The notes: a model not told the origin generated them from the letters alone. A stretch of DNA of 41,744 nucleotides from Promethearchaeota archaeon (GCA_048939765.1 JBHLPF010000033.1:1-41744); one strand, 5' to 3'; shown: positions 1 through 9,763, counted from the first letter of the stretch. Translations and numbers: made by a program.

Positions 1-1358
1 ATCATCTCGGTCAATGTATTCTTTGTCAAAAGCCACCCCATTGGAGATCCCTTATCGTTCAGGGTGTATCTCCAATAAGTGTATGGGGTTGCCACATCTA
101 TCACCTCAACTTGAGAAGTGATGCCGGGATAATGAACCTCGAGACGATTGATTATCTCTTGCGCAATCTGATTCTTGATATCTTTGTAGTCATCATGATT
201 CTGTCGGAGGTTGTGCCAGTACTCCCAGTCAGTTTCTAACATGACCTGGATGACCGTTTTTCCTCCAGGAGCAAATGCATCACCATAGTTCATGACCCTC
301 AATGGTAGACATGTGATTGAACGCCCAGCGTACTCGAGTGGTTCTTTCATTACGAACATTGTGAATGGTGCTTCTGCTTCAAACTCCCTGTTTACGCCCA
401 AAGAAACTGCTACCATTGGATCATAAGGCTTCCATGTGTCATAGCGTTTCTTGATCTTATCATCGACATACCTGCCGCCTAACAAGTCAAAGATAGTGCT
501 TCTGCCATCGGCAGCAGACACAACGACATCCGCTCTATGCTCAGCCCCATCTGAGAGTACTACACCGACTGCCACATCATCTTCGACCAGTATCTTCTCA
601 ACCTTCGACCGGTATTGAATCTCGCCACCCAACGACTCATACTTCTTCACTATGGATTCTACGAACTCGTGACAGCCTCCTTTGAATAAGCCCAGATGTC
701 CCCCAGCAACTGTAGCCATGATCATAATCACGAACCAGAACGAAACGTCAGGGGAGAAGAGGTTCTTGAATAGAGTCCTCAGAAATGGATCCTTATAGTA
801 TTCGGAATACCCAGCCGCAGTCTTAGACCACTTTCCCACGAAGTACTTCATGAAGCTACGCATATTCCACATGTCTTTCAATGAGTCAAAACGGCCTCTC
901 AGCTCTGGTGGCGCTGTGCTCATGCCCAAGTCGGTCAATAGAGGCGAGTTCTTCATCCAATCAACCTCCTTTATGAACGCCCGAATCTCATCAGCGTCTT
1001 CAGGAGAGATCTCAATGAGGTCTCGCTCGAGTCTATCGAAGTCCATTGTGAATTCAACGACCTTTGACCCAGTTTCATCCATGAACCGCATGTACTTGGT
1101 CATGTCCCTTATCTCATATGATCCGACTGCACCTATCTCATTGTACACGTCATAGATCTGTGTTCCTGGTCTGTGGCAGATAAGGAAGTGAATGCCACCA
1201 TCAATCAGGTATTCCCCTCTTCTCCAAACAGCAGCTACTCCGCCAGGCTTTGAATGATACTCAAAGATCTTGCTCTCATATCCATTCATCTGCGCATAGC
1301 AGCCTGTGGAGAGGCCTCCTAGTCCTGCTCCTATGATAATCATTGATTTCCTAGTCAT
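1..1358 (-). CDS. Phytoene desaturase/CrtI-like NAD(P)/FAD-dependent oxidoreductase (3' end runs off the window)
   Basis: Absent from the ORF track because it is open-ended. Manual translation from ATG 1358: MTRKSMIIIGAGLGGLSTGCYAQMNGYESKIFEYHSKPGGVAAVWRRGEYLIDGGIHFL (GxGxxG, E..PGG, DGG.H), typical of the CrtI/CrtH/RetSat family. Starts 6 nt after the regulator stop. Confidence 0.88.
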   Translation of the reverse strand, partial: MTRKSMIIIGAGLGGLSTGCYAQMNGYESKIFEYHSKPGGVAAVWRRGEYLIDGGIHFLICHRPGTQIYDVYNEIGAVGSYEIRDMTKYMRFMDETGSKVVEFTMDFDRLERDLIEISPEDADEIRAFIKEVDWMKNSPLLTDLGMSTAPPELRGRFDSLKDMWNMRSFMKYFVGKWSKTAAGYSEYYKDPFLRTLFKNLFSPDVSFWFVIMIMATVAGGHLGLFKGGCHEFVESIVKKYESLGGEIQYRSKVEKILVEDDVAVGVVLSDGAEHRADVVVSAADGRSTIFDLLGGRYVDDKIKKRYDTWKPYDPMVAVSLGVNREFEAEAPFTMFVMKEPLEYAGRSITCLPLRVMNYGDAFAPGGKTVIQVMLETDWEYWHNLRQNHDDYKDIKNQIAQEIINRLEVHYPGITSQVEVIDVATPYTYWRYTLNDKGSPMGWLLTKNTLTEM

Positions 1359-1364
1359 CTCTTA

Positions 1365-1853
1365 TTACTCCCTTCCCTCACTAAGATATTCCAGTACCTT
1401 CTCAAGTGCCTGGTCCCAGACTCTCATCACTTTGATTTCTGCATTCAATGCTTTCATTAAGGCGGTATCTGTCTTCTTGTTCCTGGAAGAAAGCTCCGTC
1501 ATTCGAGAAATGAAATTCTGATTTACAATGACAAGTTGCTGAAGCATTGAAGCACCTAGGCTTGTCGAAGATGCGATTTGGTACTGGTACCCTGTCTTTC
1601 GGGATCCTCTCTTCACAACAACACCATAGGTTTCGAGAACCTTGAGGGCTCGATTGACTGAGGTTACTGAGGTGGGATATTTCGACTCAGGGAATAGCTC
1701 ACGAAGCCGTGATGAGATGCCTCGCTGAGTCCATTCTTGAGGTTCAAGCAACATGAGACCCTCGATCCATCCACAGTACTCAGGGTATCCATATTGGTCA
1801 TACATTGTTCCTATCGCAGTCAGGAAATCTCGACGCAGTTTATGCTGTATCAA
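1365..1853 (-). CDS. GbsR/MarR-family winged-helix transcriptional regulator
   Basis: 162 aa, TTG start. 'YGYPEYCGWIEGLMLL...SVTSVNRALKVLETYGVVVKRGSRKTGYQY' is an HTH plus wing, followed by a helical C-terminus. Confidence 0.75.
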   Translation of the reverse strand: MIQHKLRRDFLTAIGTMYDQYGYPEYCGWIEGLMLLEPQEWTQRGISSRLRELFPESKYPTSVTSVNRALKVLETYGVVVKRGSRKTGYQYQIASSTSLGASMLQQLVIVNQNFISRMTELSSRNKKTDTALMKALNAEIKVMRVWDQALEKVLEYLSEGRE

Positions 1854-1889
1854 TTAATTGCCCACATTCATAGTGTCGAGTAGGTTGAA

Positions 1890-1914
1890 TTTAAATATTT
1901 CAGTTTACTGAAAT
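1890..1914. promoter_or_regulatory. TATA box with adjacent palindromic operator (probable autoregulatory site)
   Basis: Perfect inverted repeat ATTTCAGT-TT-ACTGAAAT (1897-1914) abutting TTTAAATA (1890-1897), about 40 nt upstream of the regulator start. Confidence 0.65.
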
Positions 1915-1994
1915 TATGAAATTTATATTTAGGATGGCAGTTATCTCCTAGTACTACATGGTGGGATCTAATTTGGTGATACGGAAAGACCGTG

Positions 1995-3590
1995 TCAATT
2001 TCTGGTCTTCATTGAATTTCTGGCAGCGTACCAGCCCGTAAGGATTGCAGTAGGTATTCCCGCCGGACTATAGGCCCATTGGCCTGCTTGGTATACATTT
2101 GGAATCGGAGTCTTAACTGAGCTACCAATCTTACGGAGTTTATGTACAACAGGAACGGGTGATTCATACGACCAGCCCACGATCGCACCTTCTGAAGTTC
2201 CTGCTATCGATGCAATACTAATTGGAGTTGATGAGAATTGAAAGAGCACCTTATCTTTCAAATCTGGATAGATAGAATTCGAAAGAGATTCCAACATTCG
2301 GTTTTCAACTTCGTTTCGAAATTCATCATACCAATTTGCATCCTTGACTTTCTTGATTAAATTATACTCAAAGAGCATGCTAATTATCAGACCCGTTTTT
2401 TCCTCGGGAGCTAAAGCAGGGTCTCTAAATACAGGAATTGAAATCTCATAAGTCGTTAATTGGCAATACTTGTCCAACCAATGTAGAATTTGCTCTCTCG
2501 ATTTCGTTTCAAAATTCTCAATTAAAGAATCGAGTTCCGACCAATGCACCTCGCCCAATCCTTTTTTGGATGGTGTATAGAAGAAATGTCCATTTGAAAT
2601 TGAGCTAAACTCCTCCGGTGGCATATCTATACCTACGAATAGTGAATAAACAGAATCGCAACCCCGTTTTGAAAGAAGAAGCTCCTTCTGCTCCAATATT
2701 CTGCCAGCTACTTTTTCCTCCAAATCCTGGGTGTTCAATATTCTATATAATGTCTTCAAATCTGCACTCCAGATGAGAGAATCATATGGATACGATGTTC
2801 CATCCTTGTCGATAACATGCTTTTCTGAAGGATTAACTTCGATTATTTCAGTCCTCGTCTGGATTTCTCCGCCCCATTCAATTATTTTCTGTACCAATGC
2901 CTTTGGTAGCTCTCCCGTGCCTCCCCTTGGATACATGTAATCAGTATATGCATAGAAGTAGCCCAAGGCGAAAAACGTTGGTGTATTCTTGAAGAAATGC
3001 TGGGCGATGATGTCGATAAGCGACTGATTCGAAGTCAGTTTTCCCAGATAGGATTCAACGGGTTCATTCTTTCTGTTCATTCGTAATAATGTGAATAGGA
3101 ATTTGCCCAGCCAAGGAAGGAGTTCTTTCAGATAGTTTCTGTCACTCATATCCTTGAAATTGGGGTTATCAATGCCGTATAGGATCGCCATGTCTTTGAT
3201 AATTCCCTCAATCTCTGAGATGATCTTGTCAATATCACTGACGCTTTCAGGATACAATCTCTCTAACAATCGTCTGTAGTCATCCAAGCTAGTTTCCAAA
3301 TCAAGGTTGATAATATCATTCTCTATTCCGATTGATACCGGGCTTTCTAACAAATCAAGTTCTATTCCGAGTTCATCGAGCATAGGTCGAATTATGCCAG
3401 AATTCAGGATAGATCTTGCACCTGCATCAAAAGTGAATCCTTCTCGCTGAAATGAATTGAGGAGTCCGCCGCATTCTTTGTTCTTCTCCAACAAAAGGAC
3501 ACTGTGTCCTGCTCTAGATAAATACGCGGCAGCGGTCAATCCAGACATACCTCCGCCAACAACAATCGTTTGATGACTACGCCTGCTCAT
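1995..3590 (-). CDS. Phytoene desaturase/CrtI-like NAD(P)/FAD-dependent oxidoreductase
   Basis: VVGGGMSGLTAA, EKNKECGG, FDAGA, YPRGG, C-terminal KTPIPNVYQAGQW..PAG. Start moved to ATG 3590, which forms an ATGA overlap with the SDR stop. Confidence 0.88.
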   Translation of the reverse strand: MSRRSHQTIVVGGGMSGLTAAAYLSRAGHSVLLLEKNKECGGLLNSFQREGFTFDAGARSILNSGIIRPMLDELGIELDLLESPVSIGIENDIINLDLETSLDDYRRLLERLYPESVSDIDKIISEIEGIIKDMAILYGIDNPNFKDMSDRNYLKELLPWLGKFLFTLLRMNRKNEPVESYLGKLTSNQSLIDIIAQHFFKNTPTFFALGYFYAYTDYMYPRGGTGELPKALVQKIIEWGGEIQTRTEIIEVNPSEKHVIDKDGTSYPYDSLIWSADLKTLYRILNTQDLEEKVAGRILEQKELLLSKRGCDSVYSLFVGIDMPPEEFSSISNGHFFYTPSKKGLGEVHWSELDSLIENFETKSREQILHWLDKYCQLTTYEISIPVFRDPALAPEEKTGLIISMLFEYNLIKKVKDANWYDEFRNEVENRMLESLSNSIYPDLKDKVLFQFSSTPISIASIAGTSEGAIVGWSYESPVPVVHKLRKIGSSVKTPIPNVYQAGQWAYSPAGIPTAILTGWYAARNSMKTRN

Positions 3591-4540
3591 TCCAGACCCG
3601 CCATTTCTATTGTTTTCTGCCAAAGCTCTTCCGCAGCATCACGGTCCACTGCTGGAGGTGCAGGTTCTTCTTGAGTTGTAAGATTGAAAAACTTCCCACT
3701 TATTCCCTCAACCTCTTTTGAAACCCCGTGATAATACAGTGCCTTTGCAGATCTTTCCGGTGATTTCAGTGAACGATTGACAATCTTCTTCTTGAAGAAA
3801 CGATAGATCCGGCCATTGTTCATGCCCATGTTGGATTTAACATCTCCCGGGTGCACCGCATTTATGGTTACGCCACTATCCTCAAAATACTGCGCAAATT
3901 TGATTATTGATAGAAGCTGAGCCGTTTTCGCAACACCATAGCTACCTAAGCCAGAATGTCGACGTTTCTCATATTTCAGGTCATGCAGTCCTATACCAAA
4001 GACAGCAAAGCGATGTCCTTCAGAATTGACAAGGATGATGCGCGTTTTTCCTCTTGCCTTCAATTCATCCTTTAACATGTAATTCAGAATAAATGACGCA
4101 AGATAGTTTACTTGAAAGACGAGCTCATTATCATCCTCAGTGTATATCTTCTTCGTTGAATAAAGACCGGCATTATGGATAAGGACGTCGATTTCTAGAT
4201 CGGATTCCAGAAGCTCCTTTCCTACTCTACGAACATCAGACAACCGTGTAAAATCTGCGATCTTATAATCACATTCTACTTGATATTCTTGGCGAATCTC
4301 TTCGCATACAGCTATTGATTTTTCTTCATTTCGATTTATGAGAAGAAGATTTGCGCCATGGGCAGCATATTCCTTTGCCGTTTCATAACCAATCCCTGAT
4401 GTAGCGCCAGTGATAACCACCAAGCGTCCTTGGAATTCGTCACTACATATTTCTGGCTCTTTTCGGTTGTTCCGCATCATCGCTATTATGTTGGACATCT
4501 TGTATTGCTTGAGATACTTTGCTTTACTCACGCAGGTCAC
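3587..4540 (-). CDS. SDR family oxidoreductase (retinol dehydrogenase-like)
   Basis: TGATSGIG, HNAG, YGVAK (YxxxK), VHPGDV, ELW near the C-terminus. GTGA overlap with the upstream gene. Confidence 0.9.
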   Translation of the reverse strand: MTCVSKAKYLKQYKMSNIIAMMRNNRKEPEICSDEFQGRLVVITGATSGIGYETAKEYAAHGANLLLINRNEEKSIAVCEEIRQEYQVECDYKIADFTRLSDVRRVGKELLESDLEIDVLIHNAGLYSTKKIYTEDDNELVFQVNYLASFILNYMLKDELKARGKTRIILVNSEGHRFAVFGIGLHDLKYEKRRHSGLGSYGVAKTAQLLSIIKFAQYFEDSGVTINAVHPGDVKSNMGMNNGRIYRFFKKKIVNRSLKSPERSAKALYYHGVSKEVEGISGKFFNLTTQEEPAPPAVDRDAAEELWQKTIEMAGLE

Positions 4541-4977
4541 CCGAATAGCTTCTTCATGAACATCCGATAGCCTTTGGAAACGCCTGGAATATTATCGAAT
4601 ATATCGCCCCACAAATCGTAGTAGTCTCTCTGCTCTACGATTTTCCCTTCCTCATTTAGGGTAAGCCTGCTTAATCCATAAATTGTTGAACTTCGCGTTT
4701 GCCTGAAGGTCAGTGTCATCTCCCACTCGAAAAACAGCAATTTACCTTCCATCATAATGTTGACAATCTTCATCTTCAAGTCTTGCGATCTATTAGTTAG
4801 GCGTTCAGTCATCGCCTTGAAAGTTTTCATTCCGCGAATTTCTTGGATACAATCACGGAAGTAAATGTCCTCATCATAATATGGTAGGATATGAGACCAA
4901 TCAGGCTTCCCTTTGGTATTGTAGGTCTTCTCCCACAACTCCGCAAACTGCTCCAGGTTTTGGATACTACACGCCAT
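4537..4977 (-). CDS. NTF2-like/SnoaL-like protein
   Basis: 'YYDEDIYFRD...GKIVEQRDYYD' pattern. Start reassigned to ATG 4977, preceded by a GGAGGT SD. Confidence 0.82.
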   Translation of the reverse strand: MACSIQNLEQFAELWEKTYNTKGKPDWSHILPYYDEDIYFRDCIQEIRGMKTFKAMTERLTNRSQDLKMKIVNIMMEGKLLFFEWEMTLTFRQTRSSTIYGLSRLTLNEEGKIVEQRDYYDLWGDIFDNIPGVSKGYRMFMKKLFG

Positions 4978-5280
4978 ATTATAGACCTCCATTTTAAACA
5001 ATCGCAACTTGTTTGAATAATATCCTGAATCGAATGAACAAATTTGCTGGAGAGGCCTTTTTTTAACATTACTATATAGCTGATAATTGCTCACTCTAGG
5101 GTGTTACCAGAATCAAGCTGTCTTTTGAAATCCCTTAACGTGTTCATCTCGCGTATCATCATCGCCCTGAATTGCAGCACCGTTCATTATGGTGCACGAT
5201 TCAGTAAGCTGATATAGGCTTTGAAGCTCGCTCGTTGAAAACTCACGATTCCAAATCATCGCTATTGCGGGATTTGCTAC

Positions 5281-5853
5281 ATGAGGTTTGAGGAAGTGGT
5301 CTTTCACGAAATTGCTATGTTCATTGGCATTACTCTGCTTCTCTTTCGAGTATGGCTAGTGGAGATAAAACTGCAAGAGGAGCTTCAGTTTCGGCGACGC
5401 TATTTCAGCCGCTTCTTTGCCTATTATACATGTCTAGCTCTAGCATTTGGCTTGAGTTTCTATCCCCTGAATATTATTGTCATGGTGGCGTTTCCAATCC
5501 TGCTGGTGACTTCCATTTGGGACATAAACTTCTACCGACGATTCAACTCTCAAACATACTGGACCAAGAATCGCAGATGGCTGCTTATTGAAAGAGCAAC
5601 TATGCATCCGCCAGTAGTGCTAGTCGCAATATTCATGATTCTCAATGGGGCGAGGAACTACATTGAACCGCCAAATCTGCTTCTGATGGTATTATCTGTC
5701 GTTCTTCTTTTCATTCCATTCTTCCTCCTTGACGAGAGATGGACAAAACGATACAAGTGGCCTGAGGCATTAATTGTGATTGGATTGATGCTAGCTTCTG
5801 GAATCTCCTTGCTCTTAGCTGAAGCAATCCTTTGGGGGGTTCCGATTTGGTGA
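5281..5853 (+). CDS. Hypothetical multi-pass membrane protein
   Basis: 190-aa ORF with about 6 hydrophobic segments; stop overlaps the next gene (GTGA). Start could be GTG 5296. Confidence 0.75.
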   Translation: MRFEEVVFHEIAMFIGITLLLFRVWLVEIKLQEELQFRRRYFSRFFAYYTCLALAFGLSFYPLNIIVMVAFPILLVTSIWDINFYRRFNSQTYWTKNRRWLLIERATMHPPVVLVAIFMILNGARNYIEPPNLLLMVLSVVLLFIPFFLLDERWTKRYKWPEALIVIGLMLASGISLLLAEAILWGVPIW

Positions 5854-7127
5854 ACGAATTAAAATCATCATTCAAATCGTTCTGGAACTATCTCCAAAGT
5901 TCCCGTCTGCTTAAATTTGGACTTGCTTTTAGTCTGCTCTCCTATTTTGCCGTAGTGATCCTCTTTGTTTTCCTTTTGATTCAGGGAGTAGCATTTGATA
6001 CAGTTTATTCAATGGACTTCCAAGTCTTCTATGAGTCAGGATTAGTGTTTCGAAATTCTCCTGGAGATATCTACACTGTTGCTCCAAATCAACTACCTTA
6101 CAGATACCTTCCTTCTTTTGCCGCTGTGATGGCGATTTTCTCCTTTATTCCTCTTATACCGCTGTACTTGTTGAATATCTCCTTCATGATAATGATTAAC
6201 TTTGGAATAGTGTTTCTTGTTTTCTCAATTACTCAGCAATTGGGAGTAACAACTTCTACAAAGAACTTCGAGAAGACGCTAGCAATTCTTTTCATCACAC
6301 CGCCTCATATCATCAATCTAGTTCTAGGACAGATTACTCATCTCGCGATATTCCTTGTTCTCCTAGCATTATACCTACTTCAGGCTGCTGAGAATGGTTC
6401 TGTTCGCAGATACTTCTTGATTGGAGCACTAATAGGAGTTGCAACTATTCTCAAGCCATTCTTTATCGTTCTATATTCCTTTCTAATTCCAATTACACTC
6501 ACAGAAAGATATAGCCTCAGCATTCCGCTAAAACCAGTCTTTGGAACAACAGCTGGATTCTTAGTTACTATGTTGCCAAATGCTTTCTATTTCATTGCTT
6601 TTCCGAATGCAGTTGGCGAATTTCTTCGAGTGAACTTTACTGGAGGACTGCCCTATCAACACAGTACAAGTATCACACAACTATTGGTTGATGTTCTAAA
6701 CTTGGGTGACTATACTTTCATTGTTTTGGCGATTATGCTGGTCATTGGAAGTCTCATTTTCGTAAGAAGCTACTACAGATTTGTTAGAACGCCGGCATCT
6801 GAGAAGAATTATCTTCATCACTTCACTGATGTGATATTCCTATTCCTGTTAGTCTATGCTGAGTCTTGGTTTCTATTCATAGCAGTACTGTATGCATTTC
6901 TTGCTCCCGCCTTGCTTCAGCTTTACTACACATGCGAAGCTAATGAGAGTGAAACTCGTACTCTCGATTTACTATGGTCTGGTTCAAACAATTTGCTTGC
7001 GTTCTTCTCAATCGGTATTGTCTTAGATTTCTTGGTCTTAGGATTTGACCCCATAAATCCGATATGGATAGCTGCTCTCTATATCCTGTATCAAAGAGAA
7101 TACTGCATGAATCTTAGTAACTCATGA
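5850..7127 (+). CDS. GT87/DUF2029-family (GT-C) membrane glycosyltransferase
   Basis: DFxVFY, YRYLP, LGQ, KPF motifs and many TM helices. GTG 5850 overlaps the upstream TGA. Confidence 0.78.
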   Translation: MNELKSSFKSFWNYLQSSRLLKFGLAFSLLSYFAVVILFVFLLIQGVAFDTVYSMDFQVFYESGLVFRNSPGDIYTVAPNQLPYRYLPSFAAVMAIFSFIPLIPLYLLNISFMIMINFGIVFLVFSITQQLGVTTSTKNFEKTLAILFITPPHIINLVLGQITHLAIFLVLLALYLLQAAENGSVRRYFLIGALIGVATILKPFFIVLYSFLIPITLTERYSLSIPLKPVFGTTAGFLVTMLPNAFYFIAFPNAVGEFLRVNFTGGLPYQHSTSITQLLVDVLNLGDYTFIVLAIMLVIGSLIFVRSYYRFVRTPASEKNYLHHFTDVIFLFLLVYAESWFLFIAVLYAFLAPALLQLYYTCEANESETRTLDLLWSGSNNLLAFFSIGIVLDFLVLGFDPINPIWIAALYILYQREYCMNLSNS

Positions 7128-7234
7128 TGTAGTACTGAAAAGATAAGTGTCCTTATGGCGGACAGGAGTTCAATATCCTGAATCTGGAGTCCGTCTGTGA
7201 TGGTTTGAAGAAGTTGCTTGGAAGGGGACTGACC

Positions 7235-7612
7235 TTATTGCTTGATTCTCCCATCCTCAATCTTCTCAAGCGTTAGAAGTGCGTTGATGTAGTCGTCCAT
7301 GGTTTGGGTTCTCTCTTTCAAGGACAGGCTTGAGTCTAGGATCCGTTTCCTCAGCATGCTCAGGTACCTGTTCTCCAACTTCTCAATGAATGTCGAGGAC
7401 CCCATTTTGGTCACCTTGATCCTTGGCTGACTCTGGATATACTCAATCAGGCGGACCCACGTTTCCGCTGTCGTTGGATTAAGTCCAATCCTTTGAAACT
7501 CCGACTTGGGAAATGGTTCTGGCTGAGCTTCAATGAACCTGAATATCGAATGCACGCGCTGTGTAAGGGTTCTGGTCCTTCGCTGCTTTTCATTTCCACT
7601 TTTTCGAGGCAT
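7235..7612 (-). CDS. Hypothetical basic protein, possible winged-helix DNA-binding protein
   Basis: 125 aa, K/R-rich N-terminus; 'FPKSEFQRIGLNPTTAETWVRLI...IKVTKMGSSTFIE' resembles an HTH plus wing. TATA lies about 23 nt upstream (leaderless spacing). Confidence 0.65.
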   Translation of the reverse strand: MPRKSGNEKQRRTRTLTQRVHSIFRFIEAQPEPFPKSEFQRIGLNPTTAETWVRLIEYIQSQPRIKVTKMGSSTFIEKLENRYLSMLRKRILDSSLSLKERTQTMDDYINALLTLEKIEDGRIKQ

Positions 7613-7634
7613 AATACAGTTCTGTATTATTTAG

Positions 7635-7657
7635 TATATAAACATATTCTTTATATA
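7635..7657. promoter_or_regulatory. Back-to-back divergent TATA boxes
   Basis: TATATAAA-catattc-TTTATATA gives a TTTATATA on each strand between divergent genes. Confidence 0.6.
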
Positions 7658-7705
7658 TTGCAAGAATCTCACCTACTTCAGAACTTCATGTGTCGATGAG
7701 CTGCA

Positions 7706-9763
7706 ATGATTGAAGATGCTGTCGGGACCTGGAAGTCTCGTGTACTCGCCATAGCCAAGGGATTCTTCGAGATGCACTTCCCTGAGAGTGCTGAAGACAT
7801 GAGCAACGCCTTCTCAGAGAGATTCACCTCCTTGGTTGAGGCGAATGAAAGGGATGATGCGACTGAAGTGGAAGGACTGCGAAATCTCATTGTTTCCTTC
7901 AGACCTGCGCTGTCTTCTGTCTTGGAACCCTGCGCAGAATTTGATATGCTCATGACCATGATGGTCTATTCCTTCAAAGCGTCCTGGGAAGGAGCTCACC
8001 AAAGAAAGTCAAAGCCTCCGGCTGCAAAGAAAGGGCCAGTTATGCCTGGCAGCGATCAATCAGTGAGCCTCGAGTTCTTCTGTTCAGTCTGTGGGCAGTT
8101 GGTTGATGTGCCTTATGAGAAGAAGATGGAGATTCTTAATTCTGAGGAAGAGGTTGAGCTGCCCACTCACTGTGAGCAGCCAGTGAAGATTAGAATTTCC
8201 CGGACGGAAGAAGAATCCATAGTTGAGGAGGCAGAAAATGAGGAACCAATCGAACCTGTAGAATTACTGATTGGCCATCTCCCAGCAGATAATGTCGAGT
8301 ATATGAAGGTCTTGAGTGTTGGCATCGATATTGGCTCATCAACTTCACATCTCATCTTCTCCAGGCTCACTCTAAAGCGAGAAACCAGCCTCTTCAACAT
8401 AACCAATCGCTTCAACCTAGTAAATCGTGAGATTATCTATGAGAGCTCGATTATCTTTACGCCCCTCGTTAACCGCTATAATATCGATATTGAGAAGGTC
8501 ATCGAATTTTGTGAGGATGAGTACAAAAAGGCTAGAATAACACCTGAGATGGTTGAAACTGGTGCTGTCTTAGTGACCGGAGAGACCGCCAAAAAGCAAA
8601 ATGCGGCTGAGATAGTTCGCCGCTTATCTTCAGAATCCGGGAAGTTCGTTAGTGCTGCTGCAGGACCCAATCTTGAGTCGCTACTAAGTGCTATGGGAAG
8701 TGGAGTTGTTGATCAATCACTCTATACTCAGAAGGTATGTCTTCACGTTGATGTGGGTGGAGGAACTAGCAACTTGGCAATTGCTGCACATGGGCAGGTT
8801 CTCAGCACCTCTTGCATTAATGTTGGAGGTCGCCTGCTTGGGATTGACAAAGACTTCAAGATTTGGAGGATTGACGGACCAGCTCAGTTTGTCATGAATG
8901 AACTCGGAATGAGCTATCAACTTGGAGATACCATTGCAGAAGGCGATGCCAGGACTATTGCTCGGGAGCTTGCAAAAGCGCTGGTCGAAGTAATGCAAGG
9001 TCCAGCAAAGAGCGTCGTTGCCAAAGAGCTGATGATGACTGACGATTTAGACTTCTCAATGCCAATAGATGCCTATTCTTTCTCAGGCGGAGTCGCTGAG
9101 ATATTCTATGGAAGTAACGAAACCTTTGATGACATCGGCACGATGCTTGCAGAAGAAATCAAATCCCTTGTTGAAGAGCTAAGACTGCCCATTGAAGAAC
9201 CTGAGAATAAGATTCGAGCTACGGTCATAGGTGCAGGTGCTTTCTCTCTCTCAGTATCGGGATCAACTACCTTCTTCGATGAGCATATTGAACTCCCTGT
9301 GACAAACATACCCGTTCTCCCAGTCAATCAAGGAAGTCAGGAGTTCACACCGGAAAGGCTAGTTGAGGAAATTCAAAGGTCATTCAGAACATTTGACATG
9401 ACCGAGGGAGAAGACGTGGCCGCCCTCTATTTCAAAGATCTAATTGTTTCAAGGTATTATGTAGGCGACGAGTGGTTAGCGCCGTTTGCGAAGGCAATAG
9501 AAAAAGCCTTGCCCAATTCCGTTTCTGAAAAGAAGCTAATCATATTGATTTTTGGCTATGATGTGGCCAAAAGGTTGGGCATTGCAATTCGTGACGAAAC
9601 CACAATTAAGAGCAACATACTTGTTCTGGATGAATTGCAATTGGAAGCTGGTGACTGGGTCGATATAGGAACTCCTCTGAAATCAACTCAATCATTTCCT
9701 GTTACTGTGAAGAGCCTGGTATTTAACGAGAACAAGGACTATTCAGAGCCAATGAGGGAATAG
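7706..9763 (+). CDS. eutA: EutA-like (ethanolamine ammonia-lyase reactivase family) ASKHA ATPase with ~200-aa N-terminal extension
   Basis: LSVGIDIGSSTSHLIFSRL, IIYES..FTP, TGAVLVTGETAKKQNA, FVSAAAGP.LE, VDVGGGTSN, CINVGGRL, FSGGV, IRATVIGAG, GDWVDIG.P, PVTVKSLVF. Confidence 0.88.
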   Translation: MIEDAVGTWKSRVLAIAKGFFEMHFPESAEDMSNAFSERFTSLVEANERDDATEVEGLRNLIVSFRPALSSVLEPCAEFDMLMTMMVYSFKASWEGAHQRKSKPPAAKKGPVMPGSDQSVSLEFFCSVCGQLVDVPYEKKMEILNSEEEVELPTHCEQPVKIRISRTEEESIVEEAENEEPIEPVELLIGHLPADNVEYMKVLSVGIDIGSSTSHLIFSRLTLKRETSLFNITNRFNLVNREIIYESSIIFTPLVNRYNIDIEKVIEFCEDEYKKARITPEMVETGAVLVTGETAKKQNAAEIVRRLSSESGKFVSAAAGPNLESLLSAMGSGVVDQSLYTQKVCLHVDVGGGTSNLAIAAHGQVLSTSCINVGGRLLGIDKDFKIWRIDGPAQFVMNELGMSYQLGDTIAEGDARTIARELAKALVEVMQGPAKSVVAKELMMTDDLDFSMPIDAYSFSGGVAEIFYGSNETFDDIGTMLAEEIKSLVEELRLPIEEPENKIRATVIGAGAFSLSVSGSTTFFDEHIELPVTNIPVLPVNQGSQEFTPERLVEEIQRSFRTFDMTEGEDVAALYFKDLIVSRYYVGDEWLAPFAKAIEKALPNSVSEKKLIILIFGYDVAKRLGIAIRDETTIKSNILVLDELQLEAGDWVDIGTPLKSTQSFPVTVKSLVFNENKDYSEPMRE

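Noticed and set aside
1936-1954. GGCAGTTATCT..AGTAC also present at 28989-29004
   Set aside because: Only an 11-nt exact match in two places with no consistent position relative to genes.
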